A DNA stretch of 64,000 bases, taken from contig CALXOX010000004.1 of the NCBI GenBank assembly GCA_944390125.1, positions 23,875-87,874 of the forward strand, in the 5' to 3' direction. The notes under the pieces are model-generated. The model ran no database searches, was not told where the DNA came from, and saw only the letters and a program-made list of their open reading frames with translations. Source of the stretch: an uncultured Alphaproteobacteria bacterium. GTDB lineage: Bacteria; Pseudomonadota; Alphaproteobacteria; Rs-D84. The position numbers and the translations under genes are program-made. Below are positions 9,242-19,305 of this stretch, one piece after another; the first letter of the stretch is position 1; each line of letters starts with the position of its first letter.

Positions 9242-10036
9242 TTATGGGTTAATAACTATATGTGTATCTAATATTGATATTATGTCGTCTAAGGTTTTTT
9301 GAGCGGCTGTTCTTAGTTGTTCCGAGCGGACCTGAATTATGTTTTCTATATCTGATTTAGTTTTTGCTATATTTATATACTTACGCATAATGCCCGTTAT
9401 AATCACAAATTCTTTATTGGTGATATTCAGGCTTTCGCATTTAGTTTGAAGTATAATGCTAGCGTTACCGCTGTCTGTAACTCTAATACATTTTTTATAG
9501 TCCATGACAATACAATTGCCGGCTTGTGTTTTTTCGCCACATTCAATAATTACCTCTTTTTCAAATGTTATATTGGTAAACTCCGTACATAATTTCTTAA
9601 ATATAGAAATATATTTTGTTAGTTTTGCATTTTGGGGAAATGCAAACTGTATATCGTTGATATTTTTACCGATTTGTAATAATTTTACATTGACGTCATC
9701 TGCTATGTTTAATCCAGAAATGCTCAAAGCAGATGTAAAATTTGCTAGCAACTCATTTCTCAGATTTAGTCGTAGTGTAAAAATATCAAAGGCGTACTGT
9801 TTTGCTGCAATGTTTTTTTGTGCTTCTAAAATTTTTTCCTGGTTATCAAAAGAACGCTTGGAATTGATTTCTTGATTCTTCATAGAAAGCCATTGTAAGT
9901 AGTATATAAAGGTTGTTAATAAGAGTGTTATTAGTGTAAGCTTACCTTCTAGTGTTTGTATTGGGGCATATATTGCTATATATAAAATCAGTATTATAAA
10001 TATACACGGTATAATGGTTGTGAATCTGTTTTTCAT
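9242..10036 (-). CDS. Hypothetical membrane protein (2 N-terminal TM helices + soluble domain)
   Basis: Start chosen at MKNRFTTIIPCIFIILILYIAIY (two hydrophobic segments); the ORF track extends to 10108. Confidence 0.4.
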   Translation of the reverse strand: MKNRFTTIIPCIFIILILYIAIYAPIQTLEGKLTLITLLLTTFIYYLQWLSMKNQEINSKRSFDNQEKILEAQKNIAAKQYAFDIFTLRLNLRNELLANFTSALSISGLNIADDVNVKLLQIGKNINDIQFAFPQNAKLTKYISIFKKLCTEFTNITFEKEVIIECGEKTQAGNCIVMDYKKCIRVTDSGNASIILQTKCESLNITNKEFVIITGIMRKYINIAKTKSDIENIIQVRSEQLRTAAQKTLDDIISILDTHIVINP

Positions 10037-10091
10037 GACAAAATCTCCTGATGTGTTGTACTTGTAATTATATGAGGATATTTCTTTTTTT

Positions 10092-10619
10092 CTATAACTG
10101 ATTTGCAAAGGCTGTATTAAAAATTTCTGTGATGTTTAATTTACCTTTTCCAGATAAAATAGTGTTTATTTTATTCGGATTCATATAGGCTAAACTCAGA
10201 TAGTTAAATAATGTTCTTGGCGATATGCGTTCTTGCTTGCGTATATTGTCAGGCCCAATACCTTGTTCGTACAGTTCTTTATATCTCCACGCGGTTGCAA
10301 AGGCCTTGACGATAAGGTTGTTGTTTTCCGTAATTGTAAGCAGGCTTGTTTTTTCCTTGCTAAATTTAGTGTTTGCATACCTGCGGAAAACTATTGGCGT
10401 GGTTATTGTGACACTGTATTCATTTGTAATAAATTCCATTGGTAAACTTGATTGATTTACATAGACATCCGTAATAAATGGGCGCACGGAATTTGGCGAT
10501 ATATCTAAATAGATAATCAGTTGCTTGTTTGAGAAAATAGCCTTATCAACTATTGCTTGTATAAAGTCTCGTTTTTGTACGCCCGATAGAGCCGCCCAAT
10601 TTACGTACATACATCGCAC
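10092..10619 (-). CDS. Hypothetical protein (175 aa)
   Basis: ORF only; a ~30-nt segment (10270-10300, encoding ATAWRYKELYE) is repeated next to repeat copy 2 (23230-23260). Confidence 0.35.
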   Translation of the reverse strand: MRCMYVNWAALSGVQKRDFIQAIVDKAIFSNKQLIIYLDISPNSVRPFITDVYVNQSSLPMEFITNEYSVTITTPIVFRRYANTKFSKEKTSLLTITENNNLIVKAFATAWRYKELYEQGIGPDNIRKQERISPRTLFNYLSLAYMNPNKINTILSGKGKLNITEIFNTAFANQL

Positions 10620-10751
10620 ATTTAATTACTGGGATTTTACACATTTTTGTTGTGGTAATTACAGCTTACAAAGTGCAGAAACTCAAGTTATTACTGGTTG
10701 ATATAGGTCAAATTTTTTGTACAATATGTGTTATATAAAACAGGAGTTTCT

Positions 10752-11054
10752 ATGAAGAAAAATATAATAATTTTATTCTTACTTGCGGTTAATTTGATTG
10801 GTTGTGGAGTGTTTGATTCTAGGAAAAGAGAATATATGAATAGACATTCTTATAATTTTGATGTTGGGCATACCATATCAAGAAGTAATAATCCAAATCT
10901 TCCGGGCGATGCGGAAGTTTATGACGCAGAAGATTATCGTGCGGGGGCTATGGAGGTTTGCAACTTAATGAAAGAAACGTATGATAAAGATTTATGCGCG
11001 GAAGTAAATTACTGGGGACTTTGGGGACCCAGAATTAAGCCAATAACAGAGTAA
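10752..11054 (+). CDS. Putative lipoprotein
   Basis: MKKNIIILFLLAVNLIGCG lipobox; RBS aggag upstream; followed by terminator. Confidence 0.5.
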   Translation: MKKNIIILFLLAVNLIGCGVFDSRKREYMNRHSYNFDVGHTISRSNNPNLPGDAEVYDAEDYRAGAMEVCNLMKETYDKDLCAEVNYWGLWGPRIKPITE

Positions 11055-11078
11055 TGATATTATTTACCCGATATTTAT

Positions 11079-11100
11079 GTCGGGTATTTTTATTCTTTTT
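11079..11100 (+). terminator. Rho-independent terminator
   Basis: acccgatatttatgtcgggt hairpin followed by atttttattcttttt. Confidence 0.5.
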
Positions 11101-11628
11101 CTGCAAGCCTTTGCATCAGTGGAAAACTTGATATTATTGAATCAACTTTTTTTATATAAACTTTGTCTGATATTGCTTTCTTTTTATTTAACATAGATAC
11201 GACTTCCAGTGCTTCGTACGGGGCCAAGTGTAAAGTCAGTGTAATTTTTTCATGTTTTGTCCTTTTAGTTTTCGGGTAAAGTCAAATCAGCACTCCCAAT
11301 GCCGGTGTAGGCGAAGCAATAATATTCTATCGCGACAGGGCAGGTAGCCGTTATTACGACGGCTGATACGATGTTCTATTTTATTCAAAATGCGACAAGC
11401 ACAATAATAAAGCATATTGCAGGTAGAAACATTGTTTGGTTTGATATCTTCGTAAGATTTACACTTCATGCGACACCCTTTTGTTCAGTTGTCGCATTTA
11501 CGCTTACCTTTCCAAGAAAGTCAAGATTATAGTAAAATAAAAGGCGTGAAAAAATAGATTGTGTTTTAGTGGTGTCTTGATTTTTAGGGTGTTGCCTGTT
11601 AGAATTATTCCTATCAAAGTAAAAGGCT

Positions 11629-14124
11629 GTGACAATGACATTTGATAAGCTGCGTGATGACAATGAAGCGTACGCACGATTGAAGATAAATCAGAAATTG
11701 CATGATGCGGGTTGGTTTTTGACAGATACCCCAGATCATAAGCGAAACGTGAACGTTGAACAAAAGGTTGATGCGGGGTTTGCTGATTACGAACTGTTGG
11801 ATTCAAATGGTTTTCCTTTGTGTATTATAGAGGCGAAAAAGCCGTCCATAAATCCATTGAGTGCAAAAGAACAGGCGCGTCGTTATGCGGTTGAACATAA
11901 TATAAGATTTGTTGTTTTATCAAATGGTGAAATTTATTATTTGTGGGATATTAAGTCTGGAAACCCTCAAATTATAACACAGATACCAACACAAGAATCT
12001 TTGGAAATGCGCAGTGGTTTTGATCCAAGCACCAAAGATATAATGAAAGAAAATATAATTCCAGAATATGTAGCATTACAGAAGAATCCGCGTTTGTTGG
12101 ACATTCCAGAATATCAGAATCCAGAAACTCGTGGTGCATATTGTTGGAATAATGGGTTGCGCATATTGCGAGATTATCAACTTGGTGCAATACAGGCAGT
12201 GCAAAAAGCTATTGCTAATGGTCAAGACAGGTTCTTGATTGAAATGGCAACAGGACTTGGTAAAACATTGACCGCTGGTGCGATAATTCAAATGCTATTA
12301 CGCACAGGCCATGCACACAGGGTTTTGTTCTTGGTCGATCGTATTGAATTGGAACGCCAAGCGTATAAAAATTTTAATGATTATTTGTGCGATTTTATCA
12401 CAGTTATTTATAAAGAAAAGTCTGAAGAATGGCACAAGGCGGATATTGTTGTTTCAACTATTCAGACATTGATGGCAGGTGATAAATATAAAAAGTTTTC
12501 ACCAACTGATTTTGATTTTATTATATCCGATGAAGCACATCGTTCAATTGGCGGCAATAGCCGTGCTGTATTTGAATATTTTATTGGGTATAAATTAGGC
12601 TTGACTGCGACACCGCGTGATTACATCAAAAATGTGGATGTTGATAAAATAAAGCTCAATGACCCAAAAGCTCTTGAGCGTAGATTGTTACTGGATACAT
12701 ATGAAACATTTGGTTGTAAAAGCGGAACGCCAACATATAAATATTCAATGGTTGACGGTATAAAAAATGGTTATTTGGTTGCTCCTATGGCCATTGATGC
12801 GCGTACAGATATAACCACACAAATGTTATCTGAAAAGGGCTATCATGCTATTGGCGTTGATGAAAATGGCGAAGATGCCGAAGCCGATGTTGTTGTAAAG
12901 GATTTTGAAAAACGCTTTTTTAATGAAAATATAAATGCTGTATTTTGCAAAGCATTCTTAGAAAATGCAGAACGTGATCCAATAAGTGGCGAAATTGGAA
13001 AAACGTTGGTGTTTTGTGTCAGTCAATCGCACGCTGCCAAGATAACACAAATTTTAAATGAGTTTGCTATGCAGGCGTTCCCTGGAAAATATAACAGTGA
13101 TTTTGCGGTTCAGGTTACCAGCAATGTTCAAAACGCCCAAGATATGACGAACCAGTTTATGACAGATAGTAATAATCTGGGTGGAAAATCTACATTTTTA
13201 GAGGGCTATGATACGTCAAAAACTCGTGTATGTGTAACTGTTGGAATGATGACAACTGGTTATGACTGCAGTGATTTATTAAATATAGTATTTATGCGCC
13301 CGGTATTTTCACCAACTGATTTTGTACAAATGAAAGGACGTGGAACTAGAAAATATACATTCAAGTATATTGATGCTGATAAAAACGAAATAAAAAAGGA
13401 AAAAGAACACTTTAAACTTTTTGATTTCTTTGGAAACTGTGAATATTTTGAAGAAAAATTTGATTATGGTCAGCAGTTAAAGCTACCACAATTATCCAAG
13501 GGTGTTACTGCTGGAACTTCTGGGCAGGTGCGTACCTTTACAACATTGACATCAGAAGAAATTACAAAGCTTGTTCAAATGGAAACACTTGCTATACCTG
13601 ATAATGGCATGCGTATTGATCGTGAATTCTGGGGCAATTTCCAAAAAACAATTAGCGCCGATGCAGACATAAAAAATGCGGTCGACAATTCCGATTGGGA
13701 TTATGCGGTAGCCCTGGTTAAAGAAAAATACGAAAACAAGCCAGAATTATATCCTAACCTGGAACGGATTAAAAAGGCGACAAAATTGGACCGCCGTTTA
13801 TCTTGGCGCGAAATATTGGAACACATATTCGGTTTACTGCCCCGGTTTAAGACACGCGATGAAATGTTAGAAGACGAATGCGATAAATACATATCCATCG
13901 TTAAACCTGCACCTGAAATAGTTCCCTCTATTAAAAATTTTATAAAATTGTATGTTACAGATAACACATTTCGTGATATAATAGAAAAACAGGAATACCC
14001 AAGGCTTAACGCTGAAATTCCGGGTTTTAGTATGCAGGATTTAAAATTAATGGGCAAAGATATTCGCGAAAATTTACCTGAATACATCAAAGAAAATATC
14101 GTTTTAAATAAATATATGGGGTAA
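11629..14124 (+). CDS. hsdR: Type I restriction enzyme R subunit-like: N-terminal PD-(D/E)xK nuclease + SF2 helicase
   Basis: N-terminal DYELLD...CIIEAKK (D-E-x-K), Walker A EMATGLGKT, DEAH box SDEAHRS, motif VI QMKGRGTR; 831 aa; the M-S gene starts 5 nt after its stop. Confidence 0.75.
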   Translation: MTMTFDKLRDDNEAYARLKINQKLHDAGWFLTDTPDHKRNVNVEQKVDAGFADYELLDSNGFPLCIIEAKKPSINPLSAKEQARRYAVEHNIRFVVLSNGEIYYLWDIKSGNPQIITQIPTQESLEMRSGFDPSTKDIMKENIIPEYVALQKNPRLLDIPEYQNPETRGAYCWNNGLRILRDYQLGAIQAVQKAIANGQDRFLIEMATGLGKTLTAGAIIQMLLRTGHAHRVLFLVDRIELERQAYKNFNDYLCDFITVIYKEKSEEWHKADIVVSTIQTLMAGDKYKKFSPTDFDFIISDEAHRSIGGNSRAVFEYFIGYKLGLTATPRDYIKNVDVDKIKLNDPKALERRLLLDTYETFGCKSGTPTYKYSMVDGIKNGYLVAPMAIDARTDITTQMLSEKGYHAIGVDENGEDAEADVVVKDFEKRFFNENINAVFCKAFLENAERDPISGEIGKTLVFCVSQSHAAKITQILNEFAMQAFPGKYNSDFAVQVTSNVQNAQDMTNQFMTDSNNLGGKSTFLEGYDTSKTRVCVTVGMMTTGYDCSDLLNIVFMRPVFSPTDFVQMKGRGTRKYTFKYIDADKNEIKKEKEHFKLFDFFGNCEYFEEKFDYGQQLKLPQLSKGVTAGTSGQVRTFTTLTSEEITKLVQMETLAIPDNGMRIDREFWGNFQKTISADADIKNAVDNSDWDYAVALVKEKYENKPELYPNLERIKKATKLDRRLSWREILEHIFGLLPRFKTRDEMLEDECDKYISIVKPAPEIVPSIKNFIKLYVTDNTFRDIIEKQEYPRLNAEIPGFSMQDLKLMGKDIRENLPEYIKENIVLNKYMG

Positions 14125-14128
14125 TAAG

Positions 14129-16540
14129 ATGCTGGACGCCAGAACCAAACAAACCATTGATAACGCTTGTGATACGTTGGTTGGAAGAGTACCAAGCCCG
14201 CAGACACAGGTTGATATTATTACAACCGCATTGATTTATAAGTTTATGGACGATATGGACTTGGATGGTTTGGAATTATCGGGCAAACGCACGTTCTTTG
14301 TTGGCGATTTGGAACCATACGCATTTTCAACCGTCGTTAACACCAAGGGAAATCAAGAACGTATGAACTTGTATTTGACGGGACTTGAAAAAGTTCAGAT
14401 AGCCAAGTCAGTACCAGAATTATTTCGTCGTATTTTCAAAGAAGCGAATATTCCGTTCCGTGACCCAACAACATTTGCATTGTTTTTAAAGGAAATTAAT
14501 GAGTTAAAATATGATGATTCAGAAAAAATTGGCGATGCATTTGAATATTTATTAAACAAAATGTCTACTGCGAAGAATGCGGGACAATTTCGTACACCAC
14601 GCAATATAATTGACTTTATTGTTGATGTGGTAAAGCCGACAAAAAACGATACGATATTGGATCCTGCATGTGGAACGGCGGGCTTTTTGATTTCTGCATA
14701 TAAACACATTACATCAGACGGTAAATTAACACCGGACGAATTAAAACGGGTTACAAACAGCATTGTTGGATTGGATATTGACCCAACAATGGTAAAATTA
14801 AGTTTGGTTAACCTGTATCTGCATAAATTTGAACAACCCAATATTTATGAATATGATACATTGTCCATTGATGCGCGTTGGGGTGACAGATATGATGTTA
14901 TTTTGGCAAACCCACCGTTTATGACGCCAAAGGGTGGAATCACACCACATAAACGCTTTGCAATCAATGCAAACCGCAGTGAAGTATTGTTTGTTGATTA
15001 TTTTATGGAACATTTAACAATCAATGGTCGCGCCGGTTTTGTTGTTCCCGAAGGGATTATATTCCAAACCGCAAACGCATATAAAGATTTGCGTAAAATG
15101 ATGTTGGATGGTTATCTGTATGCGGTTGTGTCGTTACCTGCGGGTGTATTTAATCCATATGCCGGTGTAAAAACATCAATATTATTCTTTGACCGCGCAT
15201 TTGCAAAACAAAATAAAGATATATTATTTGTGCGTGTTGATAATGATGGATTTTCCCTGGGCGCACAACGCACACCAATTAAACAAAACGATTTACCCGA
15301 AGCGTTAAAGATTATCAATGAATACCGCGATGGTAAAGATGTATCGGGTTATGAACGCGCAATGGTTGTATCCAAAGAACGCATTGCCGAAAACAATTAT
15401 GATTTAACCGCTGCAAAATATATTGAAAAAGAAACGCGCGAATGCAAATATGAAATGGTTAAATTGGGTGATGTTTGCGAATTGTTAAATGGGTATGCGT
15501 TTAAAAGTGAATTATATACAGATACAGGTATTCGTGTAATGCGTATAACCAATGTGCAAAAAGGCGAAATTGTTGATGATAACCCAAAATTTTATCCTCT
15601 GGACAAACAAACAGAAATACAAAATTATATGTTACGCGAAAATGACTTACTTGTATCTTTAACGGGTAATGTCGGGCGTGTTGGTTTGTTGCCAAAGGAA
15701 TTATTACCTGCAGGATTGAATCAACGCGTTGCATGTTTAAGACCTGATGAAACCAAAATTTTGAAAGGGTATCTTTTCAGTGTGTTAAACCAAGACAAAT
15801 TTGAACACGATTGTATTGAATCATCTGGTGGTATAGCGCAAAAGAATCTAAGCACAGTTTGGTTGCAAAATTACGATATCCCACTCCCACCGTTGGATGT
15901 GCAGCAGCAGATTGTGGATGAAATTGAAAACAAGCAATCTGCAATCAACCATGCGCGTGAAATCATTAAAAATCTAGAAAGAGAGAGATTCTATTTTGCC
16001 GGCTTACTTGATGGGATAAATTACAACAAAGTAAAATTAGGCGATTTGTTAGATTACGAACAGCCAACAAAATATATTGTCAGTAGCACAGAATACGACA
16101 ATAAATATAAAGTTCCCGTTCTTACGGCAGGACAATCGTTTATTCTTGGGTATACAGATGAAACAGATGATGTTTTTGAAAATGTACCAGTAATTATTTT
16201 TGATGATTTTACAACTGCGTCAAAATATGTGAATTTCCCTTTCAAAGTAAAGTCATCCGCAATGAAAATTTTACATAATCACGATTCAAATGTAAGCGAT
16301 TTGAAATTCATTTACACAATGATGCAAAATATTACATTTGATAGTTCGACGCACAAAAGATATTGGATTTCTGAATTTTCTGACATTGAAATTCCATTGC
16401 CATCTATTGAAGACCAGAAGCGGATTGTTGCGAAATTGGAAGCGGAACAGGAAATTATTGACGCAAATAAACGCTTGATTGATTTAATGCAAGATAAAAT
16501 CAACCAGGTTATAAACCGTATTTACAAGTGTGACATGTAA
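14129..16540 (+). CDS. Fused N6-adenine DNA methyltransferase (HsdM-like) + specificity subunit (HsdS-like, two TRDs) of Type I-like R-M
   Basis: 803 aa; SAM motif DPACGTAGFL and catalytic NPPF (ANPPFM) in the N-terminal ~430 aa. The C-terminal ~370 aa holds two target-recognition domains (VKLGDVCELLNGYAF... and VKLGDLLDYEQ...), each followed by the HsdS conserved helix (PLPPLDVQQQIVDEIE, IPLPSIEDQKRIVAKLE). Confidence 0.75.
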   Translation: MLDARTKQTIDNACDTLVGRVPSPQTQVDIITTALIYKFMDDMDLDGLELSGKRTFFVGDLEPYAFSTVVNTKGNQERMNLYLTGLEKVQIAKSVPELFRRIFKEANIPFRDPTTFALFLKEINELKYDDSEKIGDAFEYLLNKMSTAKNAGQFRTPRNIIDFIVDVVKPTKNDTILDPACGTAGFLISAYKHITSDGKLTPDELKRVTNSIVGLDIDPTMVKLSLVNLYLHKFEQPNIYEYDTLSIDARWGDRYDVILANPPFMTPKGGITPHKRFAINANRSEVLFVDYFMEHLTINGRAGFVVPEGIIFQTANAYKDLRKMMLDGYLYAVVSLPAGVFNPYAGVKTSILFFDRAFAKQNKDILFVRVDNDGFSLGAQRTPIKQNDLPEALKIINEYRDGKDVSGYERAMVVSKERIAENNYDLTAAKYIEKETRECKYEMVKLGDVCELLNGYAFKSELYTDTGIRVMRITNVQKGEIVDDNPKFYPLDKQTEIQNYMLRENDLLVSLTGNVGRVGLLPKELLPAGLNQRVACLRPDETKILKGYLFSVLNQDKFEHDCIESSGGIAQKNLSTVWLQNYDIPLPPLDVQQQIVDEIENKQSAINHAREIIKNLERERFYFAGLLDGINYNKVKLGDLLDYEQPTKYIVSSTEYDNKYKVPVLTAGQSFILGYTDETDDVFENVPVIIFDDFTTASKYVNFPFKVKSSAMKILHNHDSNVSDLKFIYTMMQNITFDSSTHKRYWISEFSDIEIPLPSIEDQKRIVAKLEAEQEIIDANKRLIDLMQDKINQVINRIYKCDM

Positions 16541-16542
16541 CG

Positions 16543-17235
16543 ATGATAGTTGAGTATTCTAATGATAATCCTGTCTATTTATTGATGGATTTATTGCCCC
16601 CTCTTGACGATACTATTGACTATTTATATAAATACCAAGAAGATCTTGCTTATCATTACGAGCGTGGTTTTTATAATCTTGCGTTATTTTCATATCATCA
16701 ATTATACATGGCAATATTTCATATGTATGTATTAAAGTATCATAGAATGGATGTTGATGTTGCTAATTCTTGCAGAAGCGGGCGTCCCCCTATAACAGAT
16801 TTAACACCCGCTATTTATTCCGATGTAGGGGATGAAAAATCTCGTGTTAGGCTATTTGGTCGTAGAATTTCAGAAACAGTGAAAAATGATCATATGGATT
16901 TGGTAAAACAAAGGGATAGAATTGCCCATTTTACTGGTGACGTTGTAACAAAAGAACAAATTGATAAATATATAAAAAAATCTATAAATGTATTAAAGGG
17001 AATCCAACCTGTTGCATTTTATGAATTGCTTTTACATCCATCAGATAGATTTACAAAACATGCAGACGAAATACGTGCAGAAATGGATCAAACAGAAAAG
17101 TTTTATAAAATTTCGGGGTTAATCCGAGATTTTTATTTATCAAAAACAGATATTGATTTTTTAAAAGCTAAACCAGATTTCGTATTTTTTGATGAATATA
17201 TTTCAGAAAATGGCTATGAGCCAATTGAAGGGTAA
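16543..17235 (+). CDS. R-M operon-associated hypothetical protein, possible HEPN (DUF4145-like) domain
   Basis: Starts 3 nt after the M-S stop; contains R-x4-H motif (RDRIAH) compatible with the HEPN fold that is often linked to Type I R-M loci; otherwise unrecognised. Confidence 0.35.
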   Translation: MIVEYSNDNPVYLLMDLLPPLDDTIDYLYKYQEDLAYHYERGFYNLALFSYHQLYMAIFHMYVLKYHRMDVDVANSCRSGRPPITDLTPAIYSDVGDEKSRVRLFGRRISETVKNDHMDLVKQRDRIAHFTGDVVTKEQIDKYIKKSINVLKGIQPVAFYELLLHPSDRFTKHADEIRAEMDQTEKFYKISGLIRDFYLSKTDIDFLKAKPDFVFFDEYISENGYEPIEG

Positions 17236-17285
17236 ACTACCATAAATTTTGGTTTTTGTTACTCATGGTTAAGAAAAAACTAATC

Positions 17286-17313
17286 TTGAAGCTTATGCTA
17301 GTATGGTTATAAT
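17286..17313 (+). promoter_or_regulatory. Putative sigma70 promoter for gajAB (TTGAAG-16-TATAAT)
   Basis: Hexamers read directly; RBS agaggaag precedes ATG at 17361. Confidence 0.4.
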
Positions 17314-17360
17314 ACTGTGTATAATGTGTTATAAAAAATTAATTAGAGGAAGATTAGATT

Positions 17361-19304
17361 ATGCATATTTCTACGATAAAAATTAAAAACTTTCGATTGT
17401 TAAAGGATTTTTCCATAAATCTTGAAAAAAATCTTTCTATAATTATTGGGAAAAATAATACAGGTAAAACGTCTTTTGTTCTGGCACTAGAAAAGTTTTT
17501 AAAAAATGGGAAAATAGATTTCTATGATATAAATACAGATTTTAAAAATTATTTAGCTACATTATTAAAAGATATGCTTTTGTTGAAGGAAGAGAATTTT
17601 AATGCCATTGGGGAACTTGGTATAATCCTGGAAATGGTGATAGAATATGATGATAAAGTAGATAGTTTAGAAAATTTATCAAAATTTATTACTGATTTGG
17701 AGCCCGACAATAAAAAAGTATTTTTTAAATTTAAGTTTTTGTTAAATTATGACAATTATAAAAATATGCACAAAAAATTACAATCGGTTACAGAAAATGA
17801 AAAAAAAGAAAGTTATATAAAAAAACACCTTGCTGAAAATCTGATATGGAAGGCGTATTCATATTATGAAGAAGAACGTTTTGAAAATATACATGAAATT
17901 AAGCCACATGATGCAGATTTAAATAAACTTTTAAATATTGAAATAATAAGGGCTCCAAGAGATTTTGTAAAGAATAACTCTAAAACCCTTTCTGTTCAAT
18001 CAAGTGATTACTTTAGAGCTCGGTCAAAAAATGATTCAAAAGTCTTGGACCGGTTTTCAGAAGCCTTAGAAAAAATAGATAAAGATTTAAAAACAGAATA
18101 CGACGTCATTTATAAAGATGTTTTTGATAGCATAAAAAAATATATTGATGATGATTCTATAAATCCGGAGGTAATACCTGAACTAAATGCCGAAAAAATC
18201 ATTGGGGATAACACAATAGTAAAATATCAAAACGATTTACCGGAGTATAATAATGGGCTAGGATATTTAAACCTGATTTCTATATTGCTTGAAATACACT
18301 TATATGTAGAAAAATTAAGCGGTAAGGCTTCAAAACCGGACATATTTTTGTTGTTTATTGAAGAGCCTGAGGCTCATACGCACCCTCAGATGCAATATAT
18401 TTTTATTAAAAACATCAAAGAATTGTTAAAAAAACAATCTTTTCAAAGTATTATATCTTCACATTCTTCGCATATCGTTTCTAATTCAGATTTTGAAGAT
18501 ATTAAATATTTTTATTTTAACCATAAATTAAAAACGGTAGACTCAAAAAATATTTCTGAGCTTATGTCAAAAATTGGGAAAGATCATTTTGCTTTTTTAA
18601 AGAAATATCTTACTTTGAATTCAGCAGAATTGTTTTTTGCAAACAAAGCAATTTTTATCGAAGGTGATAGCGAAAGGATACTTTTACCAAGTTTTATTAA
18701 AAAAATTAGCGCTGAACCAGATTTTTCTAATGCAATATATCAAAATATAAGCATTATTCATGTTGGTGGTGCTTATGCGCATATATTCAAACCATTAATG
18801 AATTTTTTTGATATAAAATGTCTTATAATTACAGATATAGATTATAAATTGACAGCAATTAAAAGCAAAGATGCTACCGGGAAAACAAAAATTACTGGTT
18901 ATAAATCTAATTTGTCAAAAGGCATTACAAATCAAACTATCAAAAAGCTAATCCGTAAAAATTCATCAACTGCTGAAGATCTTATAGAAAAGGCAGGAGA
19001 AGAGATTCAAAAAAACAAAATATATATAGCTTTCCAAAAAGATGGGACAAGGTCTTTCGAAGATTCTTTTTTTGAAAAAAATAGAGAGTTTATATTAGAC
19101 AATAAAAACGGTTTTAAATCTTTAAAAAAACGGTCTAAAATTGATACATATAAGGATAAATTTGGTTTCTCAGATAATTTTATTTCGAAAAAAACCGATT
19201 TTGCTACAGATATTTTATATCATTCAAATTCAGATTTAACTAATTGGGATATTCCTGATTATATTTCGAACGGATTAAAGTGGTTGTTAAAGGACGATAA
19301 ATAA
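17361..19304 (+). CDS. gajA: Gabija GajA: OLD-family ATPase + TOPRIM endonuclease
   Basis: Walker A IIGKNNTGKTS near N-terminus, Walker B/Q-loop region LLFIEEPEAHTHPQMQ, TOPRIM motif AIFIEGDSERILLP; 647 aa; directly followed by a UvrD-like helicase gene. Confidence 0.8.
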   Translation: MHISTIKIKNFRLLKDFSINLEKNLSIIIGKNNTGKTSFVLALEKFLKNGKIDFYDINTDFKNYLATLLKDMLLLKEENFNAIGELGIILEMVIEYDDKVDSLENLSKFITDLEPDNKKVFFKFKFLLNYDNYKNMHKKLQSVTENEKKESYIKKHLAENLIWKAYSYYEEERFENIHEIKPHDADLNKLLNIEIIRAPRDFVKNNSKTLSVQSSDYFRARSKNDSKVLDRFSEALEKIDKDLKTEYDVIYKDVFDSIKKYIDDDSINPEVIPELNAEKIIGDNTIVKYQNDLPEYNNGLGYLNLISILLEIHLYVEKLSGKASKPDIFLLFIEEPEAHTHPQMQYIFIKNIKELLKKQSFQSIISSHSSHIVSNSDFEDIKYFYFNHKLKTVDSKNISELMSKIGKDHFAFLKKYLTLNSAELFFANKAIFIEGDSERILLPSFIKKISAEPDFSNAIYQNISIIHVGGAYAHIFKPLMNFFDIKCLIITDIDYKLTAIKSKDATGKTKITGYKSNLSKGITNQTIKKLIRKNSSTAEDLIEKAGEEIQKNKIYIAFQKDGTRSFEDSFFEKNREFILDNKNGFKSLKKRSKIDTYKDKFGFSDNFISKKTDFATDILYHSNSDLTNWDIPDYISNGLKWLLKDDK

Positions 19305-19305
19305 T

